Of a stretch of 64,000 nt of DNA, positions 50,976 to 60,934 are shown one piece after another (the first letter of the stretch is position 1; every line of letters begins with the position of its first letter). The stretch is from an uncultured Acidimicrobiales bacterium (GTDB taxonomy: Bacteria; Actinomycetota; Acidimicrobiia; Acidimicrobiales; SHLQ01). The stretch spans positions 10,393 through 74,392 of the forward strand of contig CALKGG010000119.1 of assembly GCA_938084885.1 (NCBI GenBank), given 5' to 3'. The notes under the pieces were generated by a model that worked only from the letters and a program-made list of their open reading frames with translations, made no database searches and had not been told where the DNA came from. The position numbers and the translations under genes are program-made.

Positions 50976-53900
50976 TCAGCCGTCGACCGGCGGCACGACG
51001 ACATCTTGGGTGAAGGTATCCCTGCCGGTGCGGTCACGGACAACGAGGGTGACGGTGAATGTTCCGCCCTCGTCCGGATAGCGGACGACGAGGCGATTGT
51101 CGTCGACGAATAGGACCTCTTCGCGGCCGCTGAGACGAAAGGTGATCTCGGCGTCGTCGGCGGCTGTAGATGTGTTGACGAACTCCACCACACCGGGCTC
51201 AATGACCCGCCACGTAAATGCCGCCGCCACCTCGTCAGGTTCGTCAGGTGCAATGGAGTCGACGGTGAATCTGACCGGGTCTCTGTCGTTCCCGAACACG
51301 TTGCTCGCAATGACTTGACCCGAGTACCTGCCGTTTCCAGGGACACGGAAGGTCGGCGAGGAGGTATCGCCGCCTGCGACGAGTTCGGCCCCGGGGATGT
51401 TCCACTCCCAGCGGGTTGGGTCACGATCGAAGTCGGATTCGAGTCGGACGAGGTTTCCGTCGATCGAAGCAATGCGCACATCGAGTACGCGGGGTTCCTG
51501 TCCGGCTTGCACGCTGGGCGCTCTGATCGTGACCGAGTCGGTCTCACCTTCGGCACTGGTGACGGTGAGGGTGACGAGTGGCTGTCCGGTGCGATCGAAC
51601 GAGAAGAACGTCGTTGGCTGGTCCGGTGTCGAGTTGGTGACCGCTCCAGCGGCGCTCCACGCAAACCCGGTTGCCCGGGCAGAGCCTTCGCTCGTGCAGC
51701 TCAATTGACGTCCCGACACACTGCATGTGGCGACGGCGACTGGAGGGTTCGAGATTGTCACACGCTGGCTCGCCGGACCTGCGGTTGCCACTTGATTTGC
51801 GGTTGTGAGCGTCACGTTGAACGAACCGCCCGCAAAGTCATGAATCGGATTTTGCTCACTCGATGTTGCACCATCGCCGAAGTTCCAACGCCACTGATCC
51901 GCGTTCTGCGACTGGTCGATAAAGCGCACAGTATTTTCGTCGACTATCTCGAACCGGAACGAGGCCGTTGGCGGATCGAGGACGGTGATCTCGGTCTCGC
52001 TTGATGACCGGCCGCCTTCGTTGCTTGCGGTGAGCCGGACGGTGTAGGTGCCCGCCCTGTCCCATCGTCGGAACGGGTTCTGATCGGTCGATGTTCCGGC
52101 GCCCTCAAATTCCCACTGCCATTGCTCGGGATCATTTGCCGACGTGTCTTGGAACCCAATGTCGCTGCCGGTTGCAATGACCGTCGAACCTACCCTGAAC
52201 GATGCGACCGGCGGGTCGACGGGTTCGTTCACGACGATCGTGACGCCACTCCGGTCGCTTCCGGCCTCGTTGGCAACTCGCAAGGTGACACGATAGGTGC
52301 CCGCTTCATTCCAGGAGTGCCGGGGGTTGCGGGTGGCCGCGGTCTCGCCGTCATCGAAGTTCCAGACGAACTGGTCGGGGCTGTTTGCTGACTCGTTGGT
52401 GAATTGGATCGTCTCCCCAACCAGCACCTGGGTTGCGCTTTGGCTGAAGCTCGACACGGGTTCGACGACGCGCTCTCGCACCTCGATGTCGGCGAAGGTT
52501 CGATCGGTGCCCGCCGAATTTTCTACGACGAGCGTGATTCGATATTCACCCGGCTCCGGCCACGAGTACCGAGTGGTCTGCCCGTTCGCATTCGTGCCGT
52601 CACCAAAGCGCCACCGGGTGCGGGTGGGATCGTTCAACGACGCGCTCTCGAACGTGACGAACTGGTCGGTCATGACGATCTGCGGGATTGGTGCAATTGC
52701 GGCGATTGGCGGTTCGACGCTGTCGAGAACGGTGATGGTCACCTCGCTCGTCGTCGATCCTGCTTCGTTCGATGCAGTGAGCACCGCCAGAAAGGTGCCT
52801 GCGGTTTCGTAGGTGTGGGTAACTTCTTCTCCTACCCCGGTGCGTTCGTTGCCAAAATCCCACTCGAGAAGGTCGACCTCGCCGGTGGTACGACTTTCGA
52901 AGGTCACAAACTCGCCCTCTTCGATCGTGGCGCGACTGAATTGGAAGTCGGCGTTCGGTGGCAGCACCACGGATTCGGGGACGATGTTGACGGTGGTCGA
53001 CTGGCTCGAGCTTGCGCCGGTCGCATTCGTCACGGTGAGAATGATCTCGTACAAGCCAGCGTCGCTCCATGCCTTTTCGACGTTGGGCAGCAATTGGGTG
53101 GTTCCGTCGCCGAAGGTCCACGCCCACTCGACTGGAGACCCCAGGCTCGAATCGGTGAAACGCACGATCTCGCCGACCGTTGCCTCAACGGTCGATACCG
53201 AGAAGTTCGCAATGAGCGTTTCGGCAAGTTCTGGTAATTCGGCCGCTGACTCGACCTCTGTTTCCACGGCGACATCGAACGCATCGTCGTCTTGGCCATC
53301 ATTGGCATCTTCGCCGTCGCCGTCGCCGTTGGTGGCGTTGTCGGCAGATATCCCGAACACCTCCGGTGCTGGCAGTTGGGCAAGGTCGATCTGGTCGAGG
53401 ACTGGCTCGTCGGTAGTGGAACGCCCGCTCGTTCCACCGCCAGTACGTTGCCCGTCAGTGGCAGCAATGACGGCCTCTCCGCTATCGCCGATTAGAAGAA
53501 GCCCCCGGTCGTCGTTGCTTCCTCCGGCGAGTGAACTTCCATCGCCGTCGACGTCGGGATCGCCAGGAGCGGCGAGTACCGCGGACAACTTTGCGATCGG
53601 GGTGATTTGGCCACGGTCGACGACAGCGGCAAACGGTCCAAGTCGTTCGTTTGCCCACACCATCGAACCAAACACCTCGAGTTCGAATGGTTCGCCGTTC
53701 GTGCCGAACGGTAGATCGTTGAGCACTTCCCCGCTGTCGAGGTCGATGCTGATGATTCTTCCCTCGCTCCAGTGCGGCAGGTACGCGACGCCGTCGACAG
53801 CCACGGGTGCGCCGTACTCGCCGTCAGCAATATCGATGTCGATGTCGCTGCAGTCCCCGTTTGGGCTGCTGATTGCGAGGGTCGATGTCGCAGCGTTCAG

Positions 53901-54713
53901 CGAGAGAATGATCGGGTCTTCTTCGGGGCCCGCCCCGCCGTGCACGGCGCCGTTTGCGGCACTGCGCATGCAGATCGGCTGGCCGAGTTCGCCGGTGGCC
54001 AAGAGTTCGGCCATGGACAGGCGGGCCGGGTCGAGAACGAAGACGCTTCCGCCGCTGCGAACCATTTGCCGCTGATCGGTCACGGCCTCACTATCGACCG
54101 TGGCGGTCTCTTCGACGACGATTAGTGGCGCTGCGCCGTCGGCGGCGACACGAACAACGCTCGACCGCTCGCCATCAAAGCCGAAGACGGTGCCGTCCAT
54201 GCCTTGCACCACGCCGGCGAGGGGAGACGAAAGTTCGCTAGAAGTGACAACCCCCGACCCCGGATCGATGTGGATGACTTGGTCGTCATCGATCACGAGC
54301 ACCCCGTCTTGTCGATCGTCGTGGCCGAAGAGGGCGAGGTTCCGATCGAGCGCACCTTCGGCGAGGGAGAGTTCAATCGTTTCGCTGACCGTCAGGGAAG
54401 ATCCGTTCACCATCGAGATGGTGTTGCGCGAAGTATTTAGAACAACGGCACCATCGGCGTGGGGCATCGCGACAAAGTCGTCCCCGTCGCCAGCCACTTC
54501 GATCCGCGAGGAGATTTCCCCGGTGACACCATTGATCTGCAAGAGCTCGCCGTCGATGCCGTGTTCGATCCAGGCGGTTGGATTGTCGAGGGTGATGGCT
54601 GCGGCCGACTCATCGCCTGGACGGAAGATCACGAGCAGGAACAAGGCAGCGAGCGCCGTGACCGCAAACGCGACGAACGCTCGTCCGGTAGGAAGAGCCA
54701 TGACGCGTGCCAT
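50976..54713 (-). CDS. very large secreted/anchored protein: uncharacterised N-terminal region plus nine PKD-like domains
   Basis: The N-terminal TM/signal is GRAFVAFAVTALAALFLLVIF. Nine Ig-like modules of about 85 aa carry PKD hallmarks such as VRFTDSSLGSPVEWAWTFGDGTT, WDFGNERTG...THTYETAGTF, WRFGDGTNANG and WNFGDGATSSEQNPIHDF. The start could be 54701, 54713 or 54722. Confidence 0.85.
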   Translation of the reverse strand: MARVMALPTGRAFVAFAVTALAALFLLVIFRPGDESAAAITLDNPTAWIEHGIDGELLQINGVTGEISSRIEVAGDGDDFVAMPHADGAVVLNTSRNTISMVNGSSLTVSETIELSLAEGALDRNLALFGHDDRQDGVLVIDDDQVIHIDPGSGVVTSSELSSPLAGVVQGMDGTVFGFDGERSSVVRVAADGAAPLIVVEETATVDSEAVTDQRQMVRSGGSVFVLDPARLSMAELLATGELGQPICMRSAANGAVHGGAGPEEDPIILSLNAATSTLAISSPNGDCSDIDIDIADGEYGAPVAVDGVAYLPHWSEGRIISIDLDSGEVLNDLPFGTNGEPFELEVFGSMVWANERLGPFAAVVDRGQITPIAKLSAVLAAPGDPDVDGDGSSLAGGSNDDRGLLLIGDSGEAVIAATDGQRTGGGTSGRSTTDEPVLDQIDLAQLPAPEVFGISADNATNGDGDGEDANDGQDDDAFDVAVETEVESAAELPELAETLIANFSVSTVEATVGEIVRFTDSSLGSPVEWAWTFGDGTTQLLPNVEKAWSDAGLYEIILTVTNATGASSSQSTTVNIVPESVVLPPNADFQFSRATIEEGEFVTFESRTTGEVDLLEWDFGNERTGVGEEVTHTYETAGTFLAVLTASNEAGSTTSEVTITVLDSVEPPIAAIAPIPQIVMTDQFVTFESASLNDPTRTRWRFGDGTNANGQTTRYSWPEPGEYRITLVVENSAGTDRTFADIEVRERVVEPVSSFSQSATQVLVGETIQFTNESANSPDQFVWNFDDGETAATRNPRHSWNEAGTYRVTLRVANEAGSDRSGVTIVVNEPVDPPVASFRVGSTVIATGSDIGFQDTSANDPEQWQWEFEGAGTSTDQNPFRRWDRAGTYTVRLTASNEGGRSSSETEITVLDPPTASFRFEIVDENTVRFIDQSQNADQWRWNFGDGATSSEQNPIHDFAGGSFNVTLTTANQVATAGPASQRVTISNPPVAVATCSVSGRQLSCTSEGSARATGFAWSAAGAVTNSTPDQPTTFFSFDRTGQPLVTLTVTSAEGETDSVTIRAPSVQAGQEPRVLDVRIASIDGNLVRLESDFDRDPTRWEWNIPGAELVAGGDTSSPTFRVPGNGRYSGQVIASNVFGNDRDPVRFTVDSIAPDEPDEVAAAFTWRVIEPGVVEFVNTSTAADDAEITFRLSGREEVLFVDDNRLVVRYPDEGGTFTVTLVVRDRTGRDTFTQDVVVPPVDG

Positions 54714-54862
54714 TCCATCCATTGCAACAGAAAATGCCAGCGAATAGCAAAACACACACATTCTGTAGGCATCGCACGCTTCTCTGCCGTTCCCCCATGT
54801 GTGGTTCACGACGTTGCCAGACCATCCGAGGCCCGGACCTTTGCACCGCTAGTCTCCAAAGC

Positions 54863-55645
54863 GTGGACGACCCCCTCGATTCCGCGGCGGAACTCGCGGC
54901 GCTACTCAATCAGCCCAATCCCCCCATCGACCGAGCCCTGCTCTTGGTCAGCCAATGCTTCCAGCAGCGGGCTGGAGTAGTCGAACGAGGCCTCGCACAT
55001 CTCGACGAGTGGGCCAGCAGAATCCACATTCCCACTCAGGAACCCGGTGCGACACTCGAGATGGTCGATGCGCTCATCGGCGGGCTCTTTGGGACGGGCG
55101 GCTTCGTTGGCGATGTCGAGAACTATCACGGCGAAGAGAACTCGTTCCTCGACCGGGTGCTCGAGCGCCAAACCGGAATGCCAATAACACTCGGAGTTGT
55201 TGTCGTAGCCGTTGGGTCACGACTCGGTCTGCCGCTCGAACTCATTGGACTACCAGGCCACGTTGTTGTTCGGGTCCCCACCATTGCCGACACCTTTATC
55301 GATGCCTTCTCGGGTACCCGAGTTGACCGTGCCGCCCTCGACGAACGAATGCGATCGATCTTTGGCCACGACATACAAGTCGACGATCAGCTGTTGACCC
55401 CCATGCCCACGAGTGGCGTGGTCATCCGGGTGTGCAACAACCTCATGCGATCGTGGGCAGACGACCACCGAAAGTTCGATCGCCTACTCGAGGTCCGTTC
55501 GCTACTACCCCTCGAACCCAGCGATCAACGGATGTTGATCGACATTGCCGAGGCACGCGCTCGCTTCGATATCGCAGCCAAACTGCGCGCAACAATCGAC
55601 CCCGACGACCCCGAGATCAACGCGCTCTGGGGACGTTTGAACTGA
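54863..55645 (+). CDS. SirB1/YchA-like transglutaminase-like (Transglut_core2) protein
   Basis: The core is NSFLDRVLERQTGMPITLGVVVVAVGSRLGLPLELIGLPGHVVVR, followed by a helical C-terminus. The GTG at 54863 is preferred over the track start at 54707. Confidence 0.55.
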   Translation: MDDPLDSAAELAALLNQPNPPIDRALLLVSQCFQQRAGVVERGLAHLDEWASRIHIPTQEPGATLEMVDALIGGLFGTGGFVGDVENYHGEENSFLDRVLERQTGMPITLGVVVVAVGSRLGLPLELIGLPGHVVVRVPTIADTFIDAFSGTRVDRAALDERMRSIFGHDIQVDDQLLTPMPTSGVVIRVCNNLMRSWADDHRKFDRLLEVRSLLPLEPSDQRMLIDIAEARARFDIAAKLRATIDPDDPEINALWGRLN

Positions 55646-55683
55646 TCCGCTGTCGGCCTCTCCCCCTACCTAGAATTCGATCT

Positions 55684-56235
55684 ATGGATCGAGACTTGAA
55701 GCGATGTCTAGGACAGATGATGAAGGGAGTGCAGGTCGTTGCCTCCACTCACGACGGCGTGACCAGGGGGTACTGCTCCCACTGGGTAATGCAGGTGTCC
55801 TTCGATGAACCAATCATGCTGGCGTCGATCTCACCCAAACACGACACGCACGCGCTCATCGAGGCGTCTGGCTGGTTTACGGTTTCGAACCTCGCTGGCG
55901 ACCAGGTCGACGTTGGCCAGTACTTTTCGTATCCCGGTCGAAAGTTCAAATACATCGCTCCCGAATATTTGACCGAGGTCGATGGCGTACCGGTCGTGGC
56001 AAACAACATCTCGTGGATCAAGTGCGATGTCATCGAAAAGCTCGACACTGCACTCGACCATGACCTCTTCTTGGCGAGGGTGAGCCAATTCGGCGAGGGC
56101 CGTCTCGGCGAGGACCCGCTGTTGTATTCCTCCCGACACGGCTGGCGCGTCGCCGGAGCCAAAGCACGCGAACCCGGTCGAAGTATCCGAGACGAACTGC
56201 TCGCTCGCCTCGAAGCCGAAGGCCTCACCGACTAG
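55684..56235 (+). CDS. flavin reductase-like (FMN-binding split-barrel) protein
   Basis: The ATG at 55684 gives ...GVQVVASTHDGVTRGYCSHWVMQVSFDEPIMLASISPKHDTHALIEASGWFTVSNL...HDLFLARV, which fits the flavin reductase-like domain pattern. Confidence 0.65.
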   Translation: MDRDLKRCLGQMMKGVQVVASTHDGVTRGYCSHWVMQVSFDEPIMLASISPKHDTHALIEASGWFTVSNLAGDQVDVGQYFSYPGRKFKYIAPEYLTEVDGVPVVANNISWIKCDVIEKLDTALDHDLFLARVSQFGEGRLGEDPLLYSSRHGWRVAGAKAREPGRSIRDELLARLEAEGLTD

Positions 56236-56262
56236 CCCAACCGCGTCGCTCAACCGCGTCGC

Positions 56263-59200
56263 TCAACGGCGCGGCGGGATCCAAGTCAGGCCTTTGTAGG
56301 CCTTCACAAAACCGTGCTCAGTAAGGATGTCGGCAAGAGGAGAATCGCCGCTCGGATCGCCGTCGATCTTCGATATCTCGAGCGAACGGACATGTCCTCG
56401 GCGTGCCAAATCCTTCAGCGCATCGACCCACAGCGAACTTTCGTGGGCGGCTGGGAAACCAACGACCGACTTGGCTCCCCGATCCACATAGATTCCGGCC
56501 TCGCCGTTGACGATCACCACGTGCGCTCCCGCCGCACGCGCCGGACGGCCAGCCGAATCGGGCCACGGAATGGACGCCCCGAACGGTTGTGCTGGGTCGG
56601 TCGCCGCCAGCAATACCACCGAGTCCTCTTCGAAGTCCGTCGCCGCCGAAGTGCGCAACCGGTCGACCGCGCCCGGCAACGCGAACTGTGCTGCACCAAG
56701 TCCTTCGACGAAGTAGCCCCGTCGAAGATCGCCTCGCTCCTCAAGCGCTTTGAGCACGGGATACACCCCGGCGAAACCGCCGCTGATCCCCTCACCCAAC
56801 GCTGCTTCGCGAGTCAACACGCCATAACGCTCGACGAGTTGCAGCGCCTGTGCTGTCGTGCGTTGGGTGGGCGGAGCTTGCTGAGTCAGCAGTCCCGAAA
56901 CCAGCGACCAACGACCGGCGGCCTGGGGCGGACCAGCAGCTTGCATCTGACCAACCCGTGGCCGGCGTCGACGTTGTGTCGAAGACCGTGACTTTTTCGT
57001 GCCGAGAAATGACCGCACAGGCGCCAACGAATCGTTCGTGACCTCTCCAGCCCACACAAGATCCCACAGCGCAGCGAGGACTGCCTTGTCGCCGTACTGC
57101 AAACCCAGTTGCTGCGCTGCGCCCACGAGGTCGTACCAAAACGATGCTCCGTTCGCAGCGAGGTGGGACCGAAGCGCGTCGTGCAACGGCTCGGCAGGAG
57201 GCGCATCGTTCGGCGAAATGAGCAACGCCGCGTGATCTCGAAAGGCTAGGCGAATTCGACCATCCTTCGAACCAATCGCCCCGGCACCAATCCACACGAC
57301 CTCACCCGATGTCATCAACGCATCGAGATCGCTCGTTCGGTATTCGGCCATTCGCGCCGGCAACACCGACCGTTCAAGGACCGACGCCGGAATGGCTGCG
57401 CCTTGCAGGATCGCAATGACGTCGGCGAGGCCGTCGGGGCCCCGACGAGGAATCCCAACACCTTGCCAGTGCGGAAGGAACCGAGCGAGGGTGTTCTTCT
57501 CGACTGGAGCCACCTCGGCACGCAGAGCAGCGAGCGATCGGCGGCGTAGTTGGCGAAGCACCCCGTCGTCGACCCACTCGCGTGTTGTCCCGTCAGGGCG
57601 GAACTCGCCTCGCACCAGTCGACCGCACGCGGCGAGCGATTCGAGCGCCGCATCGGCGCGCTCGACTGAGAGCGCAAAGCGGGACGCAAACTGCTCGGTC
57701 ACGAACGGGCCGTGGGTCTTTGCAAAGCGGATGGCGAAGTCACCCACCGGGTCATCGACGCTATCGATGTAGGCGGCGGGAAGTCCCATGGGTAGCGAGA
57801 CGCCGAACGCATCACGAAGCCGCCCGGCGTCTTCAGAGGCGCTGAACCGGCGATCGTTGCCAATGCCAATCTCGATGACGCGCAGATCTTTCACCAACTG
57901 CGCAAGGGCCGCATCGACGTCGACATCGTCGGTGCAACGAGCGTCGATCTCGTGCCGATCGAGGGGCCCCAAAATGCGGAACAGGTCGTGCAATTCGTCG
58001 CCGTCTCGAGCTCGGCGTCCATCGACCAACCGCTGCAATTCGAGCTCGAGGTCGGCCAAGACCCCTGGGTCGAGTAGCTCGCGCAACTCCTCGGCGCCGA
58101 GGAGATCTCGAAGAAGATCCCGGTCGAGCGAAAGCGCGGCAGCGCGACGCTCGGCCAATGGCGCGTCACCTTCGTACATGTACACCGCAATCCACCCAAA
58201 CAAGAGCGACTGAGCAAACGGCGACGCACGCGGCGTCTCTACCGGCACCATGCGAATCGAACGGTCGGACAACCCGTGCAAGACAGTTCGCAACGCTGGC
58301 ACGTCGAACACGTCGTTCAAACACTCACGCGTTGCTTCGAGCAGGATCGGAAAGCTCGGATACTTCGCGGCGACCCGCAACAAATCCGCCGCGCGCTGCC
58401 GCTGCTGCCACAATGGTGTCCGTTGGTCAGGTCGACGACGGGGCAACAACAGTGAGCGCCCAGCGCACTCACGAAAGCGACTCGCAAACAACGCGCTTCC
58501 AGGAAGCTCGGCGACAACCCGCTCATCGATCTCGGTCGGATCGAGAAAGAGGTCGTCGAGCTCGATCTCCTCGGCGGACTCGGGTAGCCGGATCACGATG
58601 CCGTCGTCGGCCCACATCATCTCGACGTCCATGCCCCACCGCTGCGACAGCTGGGCCCGAAGCGCCATACCCCACGGCGCATGAACTTGTGCCCCAAACG
58701 GTGAGAGGATGCACACTCGCCAATCGCCGATCTCGTCTCGGAACCGCTCGACCACAATGGTGCGGTCATCGGGGACCACGCCGGTCGCCTCGCGTTGATC
58801 CGACACGTAGTTGAGGACGTTGGCGGCCGCGAGCTCGTCGAGGCCGTGACGCTCGACCAGACGGCGTTTGGCTGCGTCATCGTCGACGGCTTGGATCTCA
58901 CGGACAAACGCTCCGAGGGCCTGACCAAGTTCGATTGGACGCCCAGGGCCGTCTCCGTGCCAGAACGGCATCTTCCCGGGCTGGCCTGGAGCCGGCGTCA
59001 CCACGACACGCTCGAACGTGATGTCCTCGATACGCCATGTCGACGCGCCCAACAAGAATGTCTCGCCCGGGCGGGACTCGTAGACCATCTCCTCATCGAG
59101 TTCGCCAACACGAGTGCCGTCGGGAAGGAACACCCCGTAGAGCCCGCGATCGGGAATGGTGCCCGCGTTGGTGACCGCTAGTCGTTGGGCCCCTTTGCGA

Positions 59201-60888
59201 CTCCGGATCGTTCCTGCCACCCGATCCCACACGATTCGGGGTCGCAACTCGGAAAATTCTTCAGACGGGTACCGCCCCGACAACAGGTCGAGGACCCCTT
59301 CGAAGACATCGTCGGAGAGCTCGGCAAAGTTCGCTGCTGACCTGATCGTCGCCAGAAGTTCGTCGAAGCCCCAATCTTCGAGCGCGGTCATCGCCACGAT
59401 CTGCTGAGCGAGCACATCGAGCGGATTGCGCGGATAGCGCGTGTGCTCGATCTCGCCCTTCTGCATGCGATCGACGACCACCGCAGTCTCGAGCAGGTCG
59501 GATCGGTGTTTTGGGAAGATCTTGCCGGTCGACCGTGCGCCGACCTGGTGGCCTGCCCGGCCGACGCGTTGTAGGCCACGGCTTACCGAGCCGGGAGATT
59601 CCACCTGGATGACGAGATCGACCGCTCCCATATCGATACCGAGCTCGAGGGAGCTGGTGGCCACGATTGCTCGAATCGCCCCTCGCTTTAGCTGGTCTTC
59701 GATGTCGAGTCGCCTGGCCTTCGACAGGGATCCATGATGGGCTTGGATCCGTTGGAACTCATCTTGGTGCTCGGCGGGGTTGGTATTCGCACCTTCAACG
59801 TCGGTGCTGCGTTGGCGCGAAATCTCGTCTTCTTCGTCCCAAATTTCGTTGAGGCGCCCAGCCAGCCGCTCGGCAAGACGTCGCGAGTTGACGAACACGA
59901 TCGACGAATTGTGGGCGCGGATCTGGTCGAGAATCCGAGGGTGTACCGATGGCCAGATACTCGTCCGCTGCGGGCCAGATACAGCTGGACCACTGAGCGG
60001 CTCGTCGGCGACCTTGCCGAGTTCGGCCATGTCCTCGACCGGAACAATGACTTCGATATCCATATTGGGCTCGGAGCCGGCGTCGATTATTTCGACCGGC
60101 CGCCACGAGTGAACTCCATCAACAACCTCCCGCCCGCCCAGAAATCGGGAGATTTCGTCGAGTGGTCGCTGTGTTGCCGATAGGCCAATGCGCTGGACGG
60201 GCCGACCAACGAGGCGTTCCAGCCGTTCGAGGGTCAACCCCAGGTGTGCGCCCCGCTTTGTCGCAGCGACCGAGTGAATCTCGTCGATGATCACCGCATC
60301 GACCGACCGAAGCGTCTCCTTGGCCGCCGAGGTCAACATCAGATACAGCGACTCTGGAGTCGTGATGAGGAGGTCAGGAGGGTTGCGAACGAGTTTGCGC
60401 CGCTCATCGGCGGGCGTGTCACCCGTGCGCATGCCAACGGTTGGAACGTGCACTGTCTCGCCGAGTCGTTCGGCGGCGAGGGTGATCCCCCGTAGCGGCG
60501 CTCGCAGATTTTTCTCGACATCGACAGCGAGAGCTCGTAGCGGCGAAATGTACAGGAGCCGAGTTCGTGCGTCTCGCTCTGGGACCTCGCTCGTCATCAA
60601 CCGGTCGATACCAAAAAGAAAGGCGGACAGCGTCTTACCAGAACCAGTGGGTGAGACGATCAACCCGTTCGCGCCACGTGCAATATGTGGCCACCCCAAC
60701 GTTTGCGGTGGGGTCGGCGCAGGAAATGACGTTTCGAACCATGCCCGGACGGGACGAGAAAAGTGGTCAAGTGGCGATATGGACACACCGACAACCGTAG
60801 TGTCGAGCGCTGCGAGAACGCCGTTTGAACTGCGAGCAGCGGTCGCCGGGCGTGCCAACGCCCGCATCGTATGTGACCAACGGCACAT
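56263..60888 (-). CDS. lhr: Lhr-type large ATP-dependent DNA helicase
   Basis: SF2 motifs are SPTGSGKTL, IIDEIHSV (DEIH), SAT and HHGSLS...VATSSLELGIDMG...RVGRAGH. These are followed by a C-terminal extension of about 700 aa, typical of Lhr (about 1500 aa). The true start is probably downstream of 60888, since conserved sequence begins around SPLDHFSRPVRAWF. Confidence 0.9.
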   Translation of the reverse strand: MCRWSHTMRALARPATAARSSNGVLAALDTTVVGVSISPLDHFSRPVRAWFETSFPAPTPPQTLGWPHIARGANGLIVSPTGSGKTLSAFLFGIDRLMTSEVPERDARTRLLYISPLRALAVDVEKNLRAPLRGITLAAERLGETVHVPTVGMRTGDTPADERRKLVRNPPDLLITTPESLYLMLTSAAKETLRSVDAVIIDEIHSVAATKRGAHLGLTLERLERLVGRPVQRIGLSATQRPLDEISRFLGGREVVDGVHSWRPVEIIDAGSEPNMDIEVIVPVEDMAELGKVADEPLSGPAVSGPQRTSIWPSVHPRILDQIRAHNSSIVFVNSRRLAERLAGRLNEIWDEEDEISRQRSTDVEGANTNPAEHQDEFQRIQAHHGSLSKARRLDIEDQLKRGAIRAIVATSSLELGIDMGAVDLVIQVESPGSVSRGLQRVGRAGHQVGARSTGKIFPKHRSDLLETAVVVDRMQKGEIEHTRYPRNPLDVLAQQIVAMTALEDWGFDELLATIRSAANFAELSDDVFEGVLDLLSGRYPSEEFSELRPRIVWDRVAGTIRSRKGAQRLAVTNAGTIPDRGLYGVFLPDGTRVGELDEEMVYESRPGETFLLGASTWRIEDITFERVVVTPAPGQPGKMPFWHGDGPGRPIELGQALGAFVREIQAVDDDAAKRRLVERHGLDELAAANVLNYVSDQREATGVVPDDRTIVVERFRDEIGDWRVCILSPFGAQVHAPWGMALRAQLSQRWGMDVEMMWADDGIVIRLPESAEEIELDDLFLDPTEIDERVVAELPGSALFASRFRECAGRSLLLPRRRPDQRTPLWQQRQRAADLLRVAAKYPSFPILLEATRECLNDVFDVPALRTVLHGLSDRSIRMVPVETPRASPFAQSLLFGWIAVYMYEGDAPLAERRAAALSLDRDLLRDLLGAEELRELLDPGVLADLELELQRLVDGRRARDGDELHDLFRILGPLDRHEIDARCTDDVDVDAALAQLVKDLRVIEIGIGNDRRFSASEDAGRLRDAFGVSLPMGLPAAYIDSVDDPVGDFAIRFAKTHGPFVTEQFASRFALSVERADAALESLAACGRLVRGEFRPDGTTREWVDDGVLRQLRRRSLAALRAEVAPVEKNTLARFLPHWQGVGIPRRGPDGLADVIAILQGAAIPASVLERSVLPARMAEYRTSDLDALMTSGEVVWIGAGAIGSKDGRIRLAFRDHAALLISPNDAPPAEPLHDALRSHLAANGASFWYDLVGAAQQLGLQYGDKAVLAALWDLVWAGEVTNDSLAPVRSFLGTKKSRSSTQRRRRPRVGQMQAAGPPQAAGRWSLVSGLLTQQAPPTQRTTAQALQLVERYGVLTREAALGEGISGGFAGVYPVLKALEERGDLRRGYFVEGLGAAQFALPGAVDRLRTSAATDFEEDSVVLLAATDPAQPFGASIPWPDSAGRPARAAGAHVVIVNGEAGIYVDRGAKSVVGFPAAHESSLWVDALKDLARRGHVRSLEISKIDGDPSGDSPLADILTEHGFVKAYKGLTWIPPRR

Positions 60889-60934
60889 GCATGGCGGTTG
60901 AACGGGACAAACTGCCTAGAAAGGTTCTCGTCCA

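Noticed and set aside
54707-54862. The N-terminal 52 codons of the track ORF for the transglutaminase-like protein, overlapping the 5' end of the PKD gene
   Set aside because: The extension has no coding character and overlaps the divergent gene's start region. The GTG at 54863 gives a protein beginning just before the conserved part.
60770-60800. A TTGTCGGTG sequence resembling the -35-like half of the actinobacterial RecA-NDp (PafBC) DNA-damage promoter, near the 5' end of lhr
   Set aside because: It lies inside the reading frame, just upstream of conserved Lhr N-terminal residues (SPLDHFSRPVRAWF), so it cannot be the promoter without truncating them. No properly spaced TAnnnT follows it.
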